From the NCBI GenBank assembly GCA_002269645.1, contig NIVC01000384.1, positions 310,001 to 374,000 on the forward strand: a DNA stretch of 64,000 nucleotides. Direction: 5' to 3'. Numbering within the stretch: position 1 is the first letter of the stretch; every line of letters begins with the position of its first letter. The notes under the pieces are model-generated. The model worked only from the letters and a program-made list of their open reading frames with translations, had not been told where the DNA came from and ran no database searches. The position numbers and the translations under genes were made by a program. Of this stretch, positions 22,510 through 35,032 are shown piece after piece. The DNA is from Macrostomum lignano (lineage: Eukaryota).

Positions 22510-24510
22510 AGTGAGTGAAGGGCGCGCGATTCTCACAGTAGGTGAAGGGAGATTCTCATAGTTGGGTGAAGAGCGATTATCACAGTGGGTGAAGGGCGAT
22601 TCTCACAGTTGGGTGAAGGACGATTTTACAGTAGTTTGAAGGGAGATTCTCACAGTTGGGTGAAGGGAGATTCTCACAGTTGGGTGAAGGGAGATTCTCA
22701 CAGTGGGTGAAGGGCGATTCTCACAGTGAGTGAAGTGCGATTCTCAGAGTGGGTGAAGGGCGATTCTCACGGGTGAAGGGCGATTCTCACAGTTGGGTGA
22801 AGGGAGATTCTCACAGTTGGGTGAAGGGAGATTCTCACAGTTGGGTGAAGCGAGATTCTCACAGTTGGGTGAAGGGCGATTCTCACAGTGGGTGAAGGGC
22901 GATTCTCACAGTGAGTGAAGTGCGATTCTCAGAGTGGGTGAAGGGCGATTCTCACAAGTGAAGGGCGATTCTCACAGTTGGGTGAAGGGAGATTCTCACA
23001 GTTGGGTGAAGGGAGATTCTCACAGTTGGGTGAAGGGAGATTCTCACAGTTGGGTGAAGGGCGATTCTCACAGGGAGTGAAGTGCGATTCTCAGAGTGGG
23101 TGAAGGGCGATTCTCACAAGTGAAGGGCGATTCTCACAGTTGGGTGAAGGGAGATTCTCACAGTTGGGTGAAGGGAGATTCTCACAGTTGGGTGAAGGGC
23201 GATTTTACAGTAGTTTGAAGGGAGATTCTCACAGTTGGGTGAAGGGAGATTCTCACAGTTGGGTGAAGGGAGATTCTCACAGTTGGGTGAAGGGCGATTC
23301 TCACAGGGAGTGAAGTGCGATTCTCAGAGTGGGTGAAGGGCGATTCTCACAAGTGAAGGGCGATTCTCACAGTTGGGTGAAGGGAGATTCTCACAGTTGG
23401 GTGAAGGGAGATTCTCACAGTTGGGTGAAGGGCGATTCTCACAGTAGGGTGAAGGGCGATTCTCACAGTAGGGTGAAGGGCGATTCTCACAGTTGGGTGA
23501 AGGACGATTTTACAGTAGTTTGAAGGGAGATTCTCACAGTTGGGTGAAGGGAGATTCTCACAGTTGGGTGAAGGGAGATTCTCACAGTGGGTGAAGGGCG
23601 ATTCTCACAGTGAGTGAAGTGCGATTCTCAGAGTGGGTGAAGGGCGATTCTCACGGGTGAAGGGCGATTCTCACAGTTGGGTGAAGGGAGATTCTCACAG
23701 TTGGGTGAAGGGAGATTCTCACAGTTGGGTGAAGCGAGATTCTCACAGTTGGGTGAAGGGCGATTCTCACAGTGGGTGAAGGGCGATTCTCACAGTGAGT
23801 GAAGTGCGATTCTCAGAGTGGGTGAAGGGCGATTCTCACAAGTGAAGGGCGATTCTCACAGTTGGGTGAAGGGAGATTCTCACAGTTGGGTGAAGGGAGA
23901 TTCTCACAGTTGGGTGAAGGGAGATTCTCACAGTTGGGTGAAGGGCGATTCTCACAGGGAGTGAAGTGCGATTCTCAGAGTGGGTGAAGGGCGATTCTCA
24001 CAAGTGAAGGGCGATTCTCACAGTTGGGTGAAGGGAGATTCTCACAGTTGGGTGAAGGGAGATTCTCACAGTTGGGTGAAGGGCGATTTTACAGTAGTTT
24101 GAAGGGAGATTCTCACAGTTGGGTGAAGGGAGATTCTCACAGTTGGGTGAAGGGAGATTCTCACAGTTGGGTGAAGGGCGATTCTCACAGGGAGTGAAGT
24201 GCGATTCTCAGAGTGGGTGAAGGGCGATTCTCACAAGTGAAGGGCGATTCTCACAGTTGGGTGAAGGGAGATTCTCACAGTTGGGTGAAGGGAGATTCTC
24301 ACAGTTGGGTGAAGGGCGATTCTCACAGTAGGGTGAAGGGCGATTCTCACAGTAGGGTGAAGGGCGATTCTCACAGGGAGTGAAGTGCGATTCTCAGAGT
24401 GGGTGAAGGGCGATTCTCACGGGTGAAGGGCGATTCTCACAGTTGGGTGAAGGGCGATTCTCACAGTTGGGTGAACAGCGATTCTCACAGTTGGGTGAAC
24501 AGCGATTTCC
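22510..24510. repeat. 23/24-bp minisatellite (GGGTGAAGGGCGATTCTCACAGTT) with an 884-bp higher-order duplication
   Basis: The variant GATTTTACAGTAGTTT occurs at 22622/23506 and 23201/24085, both offsets 884. Confidence 0.95.
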
Positions 24511-24899
24511 ACCAACGTGCCAACTTACCCAAGCAGTCCATCACTGTGCGCTGATCAAGGGAGACAATTTCTTTTCAACGTCGTAGCTGACTTCAATTGT
24601 TTGTACAAACTCAACACTGATTCAGTTGCTAATTATTTTAGTAATATTAATTAGCATAATTAATCGATTTTTTTATTTCTAAAAAGTAATGTCACTAAAA
24701 TTTCACTTCCTCTCAATAAGACTTCTTAATCTCAAGAACGTTACAAGCCGGATTGTCTTATCAAGCGAAGTTTACTTTGTAAGGGTTTTTAAAGACATGC
24801 TGTGGGCTGTAGAAGGGTCTGGGCCATAGACAACGAGAGTTGAAATTAAAAGTAGCTGGAATCACAGATAACTACTTTAAAAATTGCTGTGTAAAGTCG

Positions 24900-25505
24900 T
24901 TTTTGGTGGGCGCCCCTGTCTCCTGGTGGGCGCCCCATCTTTTGGTGGGGCCCCTGTCTCTTGGTGGGCGCCCCTGTCTCTTGGTGGACGCCCCTGTCTC
25001 TTGGTGGGCGCCCCTGTCTCTTGGTGGGCGCCCCTGTCTCTTGATGGGGCCCCTGTCTCTTGGTGAGCGCCTGTCTCTTGATGGGGCCCCTGTCTCTTGG
25101 TGAGCGCCCTTGTCTTTTGGTGGGGCCCCTGTCTCTTGGTGAGCGCCCGTCTTTTGGTGGGGCCCCTGTCTCTTGGTGGGCGCCTGTCTCTTGATGGGGC
25201 CCCTGTCTCTTGGTGAGCGCCCTTGTCTTTTGGTGGGGCCCCTGTCTCTTGGTGAGCGCCCGTCTTTTGGTGGGGCCCCTGTCTCTTGGTGGGCGCCTGT
25301 CTCTTGATGGGGCCCCTGTCTCTTGGTGAGCGCCCTTGTCTTTTGGTGGGGCCCCTGTCTCTTGGTGGGCGCCCCTGTCTATTGGTGGGGCCCTGTCTTT
25401 TGGTGGGGCCCCTGTCTCTTGGTGGGCGCCCCTGTCTTTTGGTGGGGCCCCTGTCTCTTCGTGGGCGCCCCTGTCTCTTGGTGGGCGCCCTTGTCTTGTT
25501 GCCCC
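24900..25505. repeat. ~20-bp GC-rich minisatellite (GGTGGGGCCCCTGTCTCTT)
   Basis: Read directly. Confidence 0.93.
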
Positions 25506-26019
25506 TCTGATGTAGTGCAAAAAATAACTGAAAAGCAAAACCATCCACCAAAAATCGGCATTATTTGGAATGCTGCTCAACTTCAATTTAGTCAGTCGGA
25601 TTAACAACTGAAGTTTAATAGCTCTTGGTACCTTCTGACCATGGCCAACCAGTTGATGCAGTTATCTACATGCATACTGCAGGTTGCATCAGTTAAGTCT
25701 AATTTGTTATCTCAATTTTTGTAAGAGAGGCGCACACAAGTGTTATCTTATCGTCCAAATTACTGCAATTATTACGAGCTAGGGTAAACTCTAAAGAGGC
25801 CGCCCAGCATTCAATTGTTTGTTTATTCGGGCGATAGAAATTTTCTAGCAAACAATAATTAGGATCTGTGAATGTGCCATCGGTCACGTGACTTTGGCAG
25901 TTGGTCATGGCGTGCATTGTTTTTGTGTAAATATTCTGCGCGTAAGTCAAGTCAGAAAGGAAAATTTATTAATATACAAACAGACACCAACAATACAGAT
26001 AAAGACACGGGCTGACAGA

Positions 26020-26034
26020 CACAGACAGACAGGC

Positions 26035-26079
<45 letters not shown>

Positions 26080-26122
26080 CAGACAGACAGACAGACACAG
26101 ACAGACAGACAGACAGACAGGC

Positions 26123-26163
<41 letters not shown>

Positions 26164-26198
26164 CAGACAGACAGACACACAGACATACAGAAAGACAC

Positions 26199-26241
<43 letters not shown>

Positions 26242-26264
26242 CACACAGACATACAGAACGACAC

Positions 26265-26343
<79 letters not shown>

Positions 26344-26366
26344 CACACAGACATACAGAACGACAC

Positions 26367-26435
<69 letters not shown>
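26020..26435. repeat. (GACA)n microsatellite
   Basis: Read directly. Confidence 0.97.
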
Positions 26436-26769
26436 CATTTGCACAATGAAAAGAGTATTAACAAAGTCACACTAGTACTGCAGACCCAATTGGCAATATA
26501 ATTACAAGTCGTATTTTAAGTAACTAAAATAATGTGTATTATTTGTGAGTAAAAATATGATTTCACTTACACATTAGCATGCTTTAGACAAACAGGAAAC
26601 ATCTTTAAACAGATTCAGTCGGAATTTTTTAGAAGAAAATGTTGCAGCAATACTGACAATGAGCGAAAATAACAAATAAATATATGTTAAATACCGCAGT
26701 TGCTACTAATATTAGATAGGTTTACAGGTTAATTACCTAAAATGGACATACATTTAAAATGCAATGCAG

Positions 26770-27315
26770 ATTCTTAGGGGGGATTCTTGTGGTGATTAAA
26801 GGGCGATTCTCAGGGTGTTTAAAGGGCGATTCTTAGGGTGACTAAAAGGCCATTCTCACGGTGATTAAAGGGCAATTTTTAGGGTAATTAAAGGGCGATT
26901 ATCAGGGTGATTAGGGGGGATTCCCATGGTGATTTTCAGTATAATTCTCAGGGTGATTAAATGGCGATTCTCAGGGTGATTAAAGGGCGATTCTCACGGT
27001 GATTAAAGGGCGATTTTTAGGGTAATTAAAGGGCGATTATCAGGGTGATTAGGGGGGATTCCATGGTGATTTTCAGTATAATTCTCAGGGTGATTATTAG
27101 AGTGATTAAAGAGCGATTCTCTAGGTAATAGAAGGGTGATTCTCAGGGTGATTCTCTGGGTGATTAAAGGGCGATTTTTAGGGTGACTAAAAGACAATTC
27201 TTAAGGCGATCAAAAGGCGATTTTCAGGGTGATTCTCAGAGGGATTAAAGGGCGATTTTCAGGGCGATTCTCAGGGTAATTAAAGGACGATTCTCAGGGC
27301 GATTCTCAGGGAAAT
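26770..27315. repeat. Degenerate ~23-bp minisatellite (AAAGGGCGATTCTCAGGGTGATT)
   Basis: Read directly. Confidence 0.85.
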
Positions 27316-27365
27316 TCGCAACACAGCTTTAGCCTCTCAAATCAAGTCCTAATCCCCCCTGTCTC

Positions 27366-29721
27366 TTATCTCAAAATAGACTCATGAAAGATGTCCACCG
27401 TGGTCTCCAAGCACTGGCGCAGCGACAAGTCGTGAGTGCCCAAGTCCAGCTGCCTGGACAGCTTCCTGTACAAGCTGAGGCCCCGCCCGATCTTCACCCG
27501 CCAGCCGTTGCTGAAGTACACCTCCCGGTCGTGCAGGCTGTCGCGCAGGCTCAGCCGCAGTTGGATGCCCCGCTCGGCCAGGGACTCGGCAATGAGGTCC
27601 AGGCTCTGGCGCTGCTTAGCCGCGTCCGCTTCGTCCGGCCCGGTGACCAGGTGGATCTCCTGGAGGCAGCCGGGGCAGCGGCTGGCGCAGAGTTCGCAGA
27701 ATTGCAGAAAAAAGTGCAACTGAGGGAATGCGTAAAAGCGATTAAAAGCTTGTATCAGGAGGGGGGCGCCCAGATGAAAACGCTACCTAGGCTCTAGACG
27801 ACTCTATAACGACAAGATGTCACGGTACCAGCCGCCAAAAAGTCGTCCTAAGAGTCAATTTGAGAAGTTTTTTAATGTCTGCGACTCTAAAATCACTCTG
27901 GGGCCGTAGAGTCGCTGTAGAATCACTGAGTTGCGTACAAAGCGCATCTGTTTACGTTATTAATTGGAATCAACAGACGCTAGAGTCACTAGTGAGTTGT
28001 TCGCTATGACTTTTTAGCGATTCTTGTCACGGTCACATGAAACTTTCACTACACAGGAATATATGGTGCAGGCTAAATCTATAGTCGCACTTGCCTGGTA
28101 CATCTTTCTAATATAAGGATCCTCAACTCGAATCCACACAACTGACGCATCCTTGAAGCAGTCGCCGAAAATTCTATCGTAGCCGTAGCCAGTCTCGCCC
28201 TCGCCGATTCTATACTGAGTATGCTTTGGTTCGCTTGCTAAAAATAAAGATAAGTAAAATTGTCAAATATAAATAAATCGGTGAAAACTGCATTTATAAT
28301 GATACTACTATATTATGAAAACTGAGTAGCCAGATGCGCACATTGCGGACTAATTTGTCCAGAAGCGAGCAGCTTCTTTTTAAGAGATTCAGCGCGACCC
28401 AAATACTCTACGAGTCGAGTTCGAATAGCAGTTCGCTTGGCCACCTCGGATTCTGGCACAGTTTTGAGGAACTCCATCAACTTGTCCAGGCCTTCCTTGT
28501 AGCAGGAGAAGGCAGCAATCAATCTGTGGGCATAGAGAAAAATCAGTTGTGCAAAGAAACCTCAGCAGGACAGTCACCCTTCAATCAGCAAGGGTGCAAA
28601 CCAGCAAACTGAAGTCACCTTTTTAAATGTTTAAATGCTTGGTAGCTAAATTTCATGGATATAAAAATATTAAATTGACAATAGTTAAATATATCAAATA
28701 TATTAAATATATCTTTTGCCTTCTGTTATGTCATATTTATATTTGTATACATTAAATAATCTTGTATTTTGTTATGATATAGTTTTTACATCAGTAGATC
28801 ATGGGCCTTAAGTAGCTTAAGTGGCTGTAAGAAAGTGAGGGTTTAATAATTTTAATTAAATATTAATATGAAAATAAGCAAATTTAGAATGATAATAGAA
28901 CATATAGAAAATTAAATTAAAAAGGGCTGAGTTATTTATTGTACTAAATAATAAAATATTTATACTATGGAATAAAAATAAAAAACTTTGAAATTTAGAA
29001 AAAAAAAATTTCCACAGTAGACTCAGTGTCTCATTAAAGCTCAATGGGCCTCCCACAATTGGTATAAAGCCTAGGAATGGGGAGCAACAAAAATGTATGC
29101 ATTTTTCGGAAATATAAAAAATAAATTAATAAAAGGTCTAGATTGTTTAAACTATTTTTATGTACAAACTACAACTATAATTAAAATAACTAAAGATAAT
29201 AAGTAGGCTGTAAGTAGGCTCTTGAATTATTGTATCTATAATTCTAAAATTAACTAAATTATGCATGCCTAAAAATATCAATACCTAATTGCTGCAGCTA
29301 TTATAAAATAAACAGGAGCAAATAAAGAGAAAAATATTTAATTCTATAATGCATACTAAACTTATTGTAAAATTCATAGTAAAATAACTGCTACACATAC
29401 ATAGTAAGTTACTTAGTATGCACAAAATACTAAGAATTAGTATTCTAGTTCTATCTTATAATATGCAAAAAATGTTACTTGTCAAGAGCCATGGCTTAAG
29501 ACTAAGTTCACTAGCTGTACGAATAATCAAAAATATTTTGTTGATACTGCAGATGGCGAAGGATTAGTAATAATTATTACAGTATAGGAATACAGCTTTT
29601 TAAAGTCAAAAAACAAGAAATTGCTTGCTTACTTGTCTTCACTGTCGAATGTAACTGCTTTAAGAAGCCAACGTTTTGATACATCAAATAAGTTTTCTGT
29701 TACATCGCCTGATACTGCCAT
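27366..29721 (-). CDS. MITD1: MIT domain-containing protein 1 (N-terminal MIT domain plus C-terminal PLD-like MIT_C domain)
   Basis: Exons 29721-29633, 28523-~28342 (alternative donor 28351), 28237-28095 (GC donor) and 27719-27366. Motifs: LLKAVTFDSE, SCYKEGLDKL, EYLGRAESLK, VEDPYIR, LHDREVYFSNGWRVKIGRGL, LRQCLETTVDIFH. Confidence 0.9.
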
Positions 29722-30772
29722 GACCTAGGTATATTATTACCAATCGTGCAGCAAAACAAGATCTAGGTAAAACAGAAAACAATTCACAATAGCAAATTTT
29801 GAATTGATTGATGTATATGATTTCTTTCTACTGATTTTTACTGAAAAAAATCATGAAATAAAAATATTAACTAGATAATCTAGAATAAAAACAATTTAAA
29901 CAAAGCGCAGAAAAGAAATTAAAACAACAGCAACCAACTTTTATTTTTAAGTTTAATTACTGATTCAATTCAACGTCTAGCGAATTTTTTTAACGCATTT
30001 CTATGAAAATCGAAAATTCGAATGCTCGGTCCACTTTAACAAACCACGGTAAATACAAAATGCTGCAATGCATACAAGGTGAAGCCGTTTAAATGAGTAA
30101 TTAAGTAACATAAGGGGTGTAAATGCTTTTTCACCCCATTAATTAAGGGTTGAGATAAAGACAGACTTTACATACCCTGGTAAGCAATGTAAGTATTTAA
30201 CACTATAACTTATAACTTAACACTAACACTATTTAGCTATCTTTTAACTGAATAAAACTCATGCAGAATATTGGAATATATTATTCAGCTCAAGCCCTAT
30301 TTGATTGACAGCAGGTAAAAAAGCAACTTGAAGCAGACAGTAGCAGCCTGAAAATTCTGGAAATATGATCATTCCTGATGCAAGCAGACTGCGTGATGTT
30401 TTTTCTGCAAGCCCTCAAGACTTTTTAAGCCAAGAGGAAGGCAGTTCAGAAACCTTGTATAAATGAGATGTAATTGTGTAGCATCGCTAATAAAAGTCAA
30501 AACAAAAGCGAAGCTTCACGCATCAGATCCAACGGCCCAAATTTATGCGAGCGATATTTTTCTGATAGAATTGCAGAAATCCAGAAAAAAAACAGCTCCG
30601 ATCGACATGCCTAAAGGAACAGAAAATACTGAGAAAAAACTAACTGCCTTTATTTTGAAATGATAAATATGGAGAAAATGAATATCGTCTTTCTGAGCTT
30701 TAACTCATCACAGGATCACCGTCTAGTATCTGCTGAAACAATGGATAGCCTATAGCTGAAGCCTTACTATTG

Positions 30773-30820
30773 ATGCTGTTTATTGCTGCTGCCCCACTGC
30801 TCAGTAAGTTCTTCCGCCAT

Positions 30821-30872
<52 letters not shown>

Positions 30873-32067
30873 GTCGGACCGGACAGTGTTTTGAAACGCT
30901 GTGGCAACGCTCAATCAGTCTCAAGTTGAATCGCATCGTCGAAGTCTTCCTTTAAAGCCATTTCCCGGATATAAGCTCACATTTGAAACGATTTCGACTA
31001 TGCAATTTTTTAGCTAATTACCAAAGTTTCGAGCTCGTGAAATTTTGAATTACTTTCAGAGACCATGAGCAAATGCACTACCGAAGTATTGATAAGATCA
31101 AGTTTCACTTACGCTCGTAGCGTTGAAGAAGTCGAGCAGTCCAACTACGCTGCTCACATCGTTACCGACATTTTTGCCTGCGCATTTCTGTGCGCTAAAC
31201 GGCCGGGCTGTCTGACTTTCGGCTACTCTGTTGAGACCCTCGTCTAGATCTGCGAGATGACGGATGAGGAAGACAGGCTCTCCGATGAGGGAGCCGTCTT
31301 CTACGACAAGAGCAAGCCAGATGAGCAGCTGAGTCCACGTGATCTAACAAGAAAGTCAATATCCCGCTGCTTCTGCTCAAGCAGATCTGCTTTTTGGCGC
31401 AGCATATTTCCCACCCGCAGCCGCGAGTCCAGCCTGCACGAAGACCAGATCGGCGACCGATGACGGTCGGCTGTGGTGCCCCTTCCAGCAGCGGGTGAGC
31501 GACTCCGTCTACGAGGTCGGGTTCGATGACTCGGTGAACTTCTGGATCGGTGAGTGGCCTCTGCCAGCTGTTTACAGAATCTTAATAATAAAGCTCATTT
31601 TTTAAGCAATCAATCAATTTCAGGCTTGCAAGCCATTCACCAGCTGAGCACGGTTTTTGCCGAGGGTGTCACCCTTGCTAGTCGAAATTGTCACCTGGCA
31701 GGACGAGAAACTGATCCAGGAGTACCCCGGCTTCCGTGTTGAAAATGCCAGCACAAAATACACGATGACTGCGGGATCCTTGAATCGCAATCGTTCCAGC
31801 ACTTATAAAGACAATTTAAGGATAAATAGGGGAATGATGTTCTCAACAATGGACCAGGACAACGACATTTTTGGCTCGTATTTGGACTCGTGCTCAAAAG
31901 TTTATCACGGCAGCAGCGGATGGTGGTTTGGTAAATGCTCAAGCTCGAATCCGAATGGCTTGTACTCTCTGTCGGAGGTCAACGATCCGGAATTTATCTG
32001 CTGGAAGCAAAACAGCAGCTGGACGTCGTTCAAGGCTACTCGGCTGTCGCTGGGTCCCTCGAAATGA
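30773..32067 (+). pseudogene. Signal-peptide-like exon plus PAN/apple-like domain plus fibrinogen C-terminal (FReD) domain, disrupted
   Basis: Exon-like pieces ~30773-30803 (CA|GTAAGT), from 31060 (CAFLCAKRPGCLTFGY), 31421-31549 (WCPFQQR...NFWIG) and 31624-32067 (FSTMDQDND, GWWFGKCSSSNPNGLY, ICWK). There is an in-frame TAG at 31245-31247 and a 1-nt frameshift near 31676. Confidence 0.7.
30820..30872. repeat. (GACA)n microsatellite
   Basis: Read directly. Confidence 0.95.
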
Positions 32068-32829
32068 AAAACCAAAGTTTTCGTTTACAATTGTTCCAAA
32101 GGTCAAGTGTTTAAATCTTAAATTAATATTTATTAGTTCCTATCTCTCTGCTCTAGCTTTTCACTTAGCTTAGCTATTCTATTTTCCACAGTCAAAATTG
32201 TGTTCCTTCAATGACGAAAGTAGCTTGCCCTTCTTCTTTGTCCAGTTCATATTGTACTCCCCCAAACACACTAAATATGAGCTATAGGATAAGTCCAACC
32301 TTAAAAATTATTGTTGCAATTCTTTTTTTACCGGCTTGGCATTCATTGTTACACAATATTTTGGGCTACTGGTCCTTCCCTTCCATACATTACTCGGACA
32401 TTCCGAGGAAATGTGTGGAAGCCAAGCAATCGGACCCTCTACCGGAACGAAGCCTTTGATCAATCACATCGGTCTTGAACCACGCAGGTAGAGGACACTC
32501 ACACATCCAGAGACTCACCTTTGGACACTCTGCTGCCCGACCCCTCATCCAACCTGTCCGACCCCACCCACTCCTGGGCCTGTCCGACCGGCCTGCCCCA
32601 CCTCGCCTCCGGGGCCTCCTCATCGCTGATTGGCTACCCTTCGCTTGGCCAATCATCGACGTGGGCCAGATTGTACCATTTTCCTACTACTTACATGGTA
32701 TAGAGGGTAAATAAAACTGATCGAGGAAAGAAAGCAACGGTGCACCTAAAAAAAGAACAAATCTTCTAAAAGCAATTCTATTTTATAATTGAGATGAGCT
32801 GAATTGTTTAGAATCTCAACATAACTTGT

Positions 32830-32912
32830 CGTGCGATTCACACCCCACGAGGGCCAACCCTCCAAGGCACACAGAGGTGTACATGCCCTGTGTGAGCGTG
32901 TGTACGAGTGCG
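32830..32912 (+). mobile_element. Partial copy of the dispersed SINE-like family, in inverted orientation relative to the other copies
   Basis: GAGGGCCAACCCTCCAAGGCACACAGAGGTGTACATGCCC matches the reverse complement of the copies at 37.1, 40.5, 41.6, 49.0 and 52.6 kb. Confidence 0.65.
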
Positions 32913-33469
32913 TTTTGACAATTACTATAACATAAACAATTGTTACACGCTAAAAGTGCAAAACAAGTGTAAAAAAACAAAGACTGAAGACTAATTAATT
33001 CTCTGGCCGTTGCTAAACAAAATTTGAAGCCAAGCCGTGTTCTGATTGTTTATATTCTTTAGCAAAATAAACATGTTATTCTAAACACTGTGGGTTAAAA
33101 GTAGGATGGACAGGGCCGCAGGCATTAAGTGCAACCCTGGACAGAGGAAAACACGGCATCAGAGAGGCAGCCAGGGTATAAAATTTCACCCACTTCAGCT
33201 GACAAAGCCTACAGTCAAACAAAGGTGATCAAAACTAAAAAGGAAAATTAGTCAAACTGTGCAGGCAAGCTGATGTGATTAGTGCAGTTCTTTTAGACAA
33301 TGCTGACAAACCAGAGCCTCATCTAAGCCTCATAGCTCACTGATGAAGGGTGAATTATGAAACCGATGACTGGTAGAATTAAAAAGCGGTAGCCGGTTAT
33401 CAGCCAGCCACTGTTGACTTCTTCTAGTCGAAAATGAGTAGATTAGCGTTCTCGGTTGCAGTCTTTGAC

Positions 33470-33790
33470 CAATATTTTAAGTTTTGGTTGCTACGGGGAT
33501 GTGTCCGAAAAACCCTGGTTGCCATGAGGAAATAGCCAAAAACCTTGGTTACTGTGAGAACGTGGCCAAAAAACCATGGCTGCTATGGGGATGTGGCTGA
33601 AAAAGCCTGGTTGCTATGAGGAAATGGTAAAAAACCCAGGTTGCTATAGAGCTGGGGCTCTTAAAACCCTGGTTGTTATGGTGACGTCACTTGGCCGAAA
33701 AGAACCTGGTTGCTATGGGGATTTGGCAAAAAAATCCTGTTGCTATGCCACAGACGCGGTCATAAACACTGATTGCTATTATGAAGATGC
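33470..33790. repeat. Degenerate repeat (AAAACCCTGGTTGCTATG)
   Basis: About 8 loose copies are read directly. Confidence 0.7.
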
Positions 33791-34559
33791 TACGGAGTAC
33801 CAAAGCCCTCTATTTGCTATACATCCGAACAGCCCCTCAACCTAGTTGCTATGCAGCCTACAAAAATTCAAAGAGTTCAAGCTGAGTGAAACAAAGCATG
33901 TAAGTATATAAAAAAGAGCGGGCCAATTGGCAAGAGATAAATCTCTATCTAATAAATAAGTGAAAATTTGAAACATTTCAAATTTTTCAAATAGCATTAA
34001 ATAGTTCCAGACCACCGTTGAACTGTCAAGGACTCAACTCCTGACAAAATCCAATTCAGACGAACCTTACTGGAGACAGACAACCGATAAATTCAAAATT
34101 CAAATATCAACAATCAGCGCAAGTGCTGGGGTTATAAGAAAAATGGCACGAATTCAAACGTCAGAGTGCATAATTGTTCAAACAACAATGTCACATTAGA
34201 CATTGAGTTACATAGCACACCATATATAGTTAAATGGGAATTATTTAGTGATAATTCAATTGTGCGCATAAAACAGCTGTCAGGCAGAAGGCTGCTGATT
34301 ATTAAAGCTCACCATACTACTGAGGTAAGTAATAATCTTAAATTATTGAATGGGCATAAAATTTAATAAATATTTTTTATCGATTAGACACAAAACTGCA
34401 AATTGGTAATCAAATTGGTTTGGTAGAACTAAGACACTTCAGATATATAAGCACTCATTCACCGTTTGATCTCAGCGGCTGACCCCATGTGACCTCTGAG
34501 CAGTCGACAGTCAAGTTGACCATCCATCTCCTCTCAACGACCCAATTAAATTAACAATC

Positions 34560-35005
34560 GAAAGGGGTCAACTGACCCCTCTAGCCAGTAAACAGGGTCA
34601 ACTGACTCCTCTAGCCAGTAAGCAGGGTCAGCTGACCCCTCTAAACAGTCAGCAGGGTCAACTGACTCCTCTAGCCAGTAAGCAGGGTCATCTGACCTCT
34701 CTAAATAGTCAGCAGGGTCAACTGATCCCTCAAAACAGTCAGCAGAGTCAACTGACCCCTCTAGCTAGTTGGTAGGGTCAACTGACCTCTCTAAATAGTC
34801 AGCAGGGTCAACTGAGCCGTCTAGCTAGTCAGTAGGGTCAACGGACCTCTCTAAATATAGTCAGCAGGGTCAACTGACCCCTCTAGCCAGTCAGTAGGGT
34901 CAACTGACTTCTCCAAACAGTCAAAAGGGTCAACTGAACTCTCTAAATAGTCAGCAGGGTCAACTGACCCCTCAAAACAGTCAATAGGGTCAACTGACCC
35001 CCTAA
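34560..35005. repeat. ~30-bp minisatellite with palindromic core GGGTCAACTGACCC
   Basis: About 14 units lie immediately 3' of the GPCPD1 stop codon. Confidence 0.9.
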
Positions 35006-35032
35006 AATGGACAATCAAAGCTTGTCAAACAG

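Noticed and set aside
25883-25892. Perfect CLEAR palindrome GTCACGTGAC
   Set aside because: It is an isolated 10-mer 3' of MITD1 and more than 5 kb from the next start codon, so it cannot be assigned to a promoter.
33330-33385. CTGATGA...GAAA hammerhead-like spacing
   Set aside because: Neither stem I nor stem II can pair.
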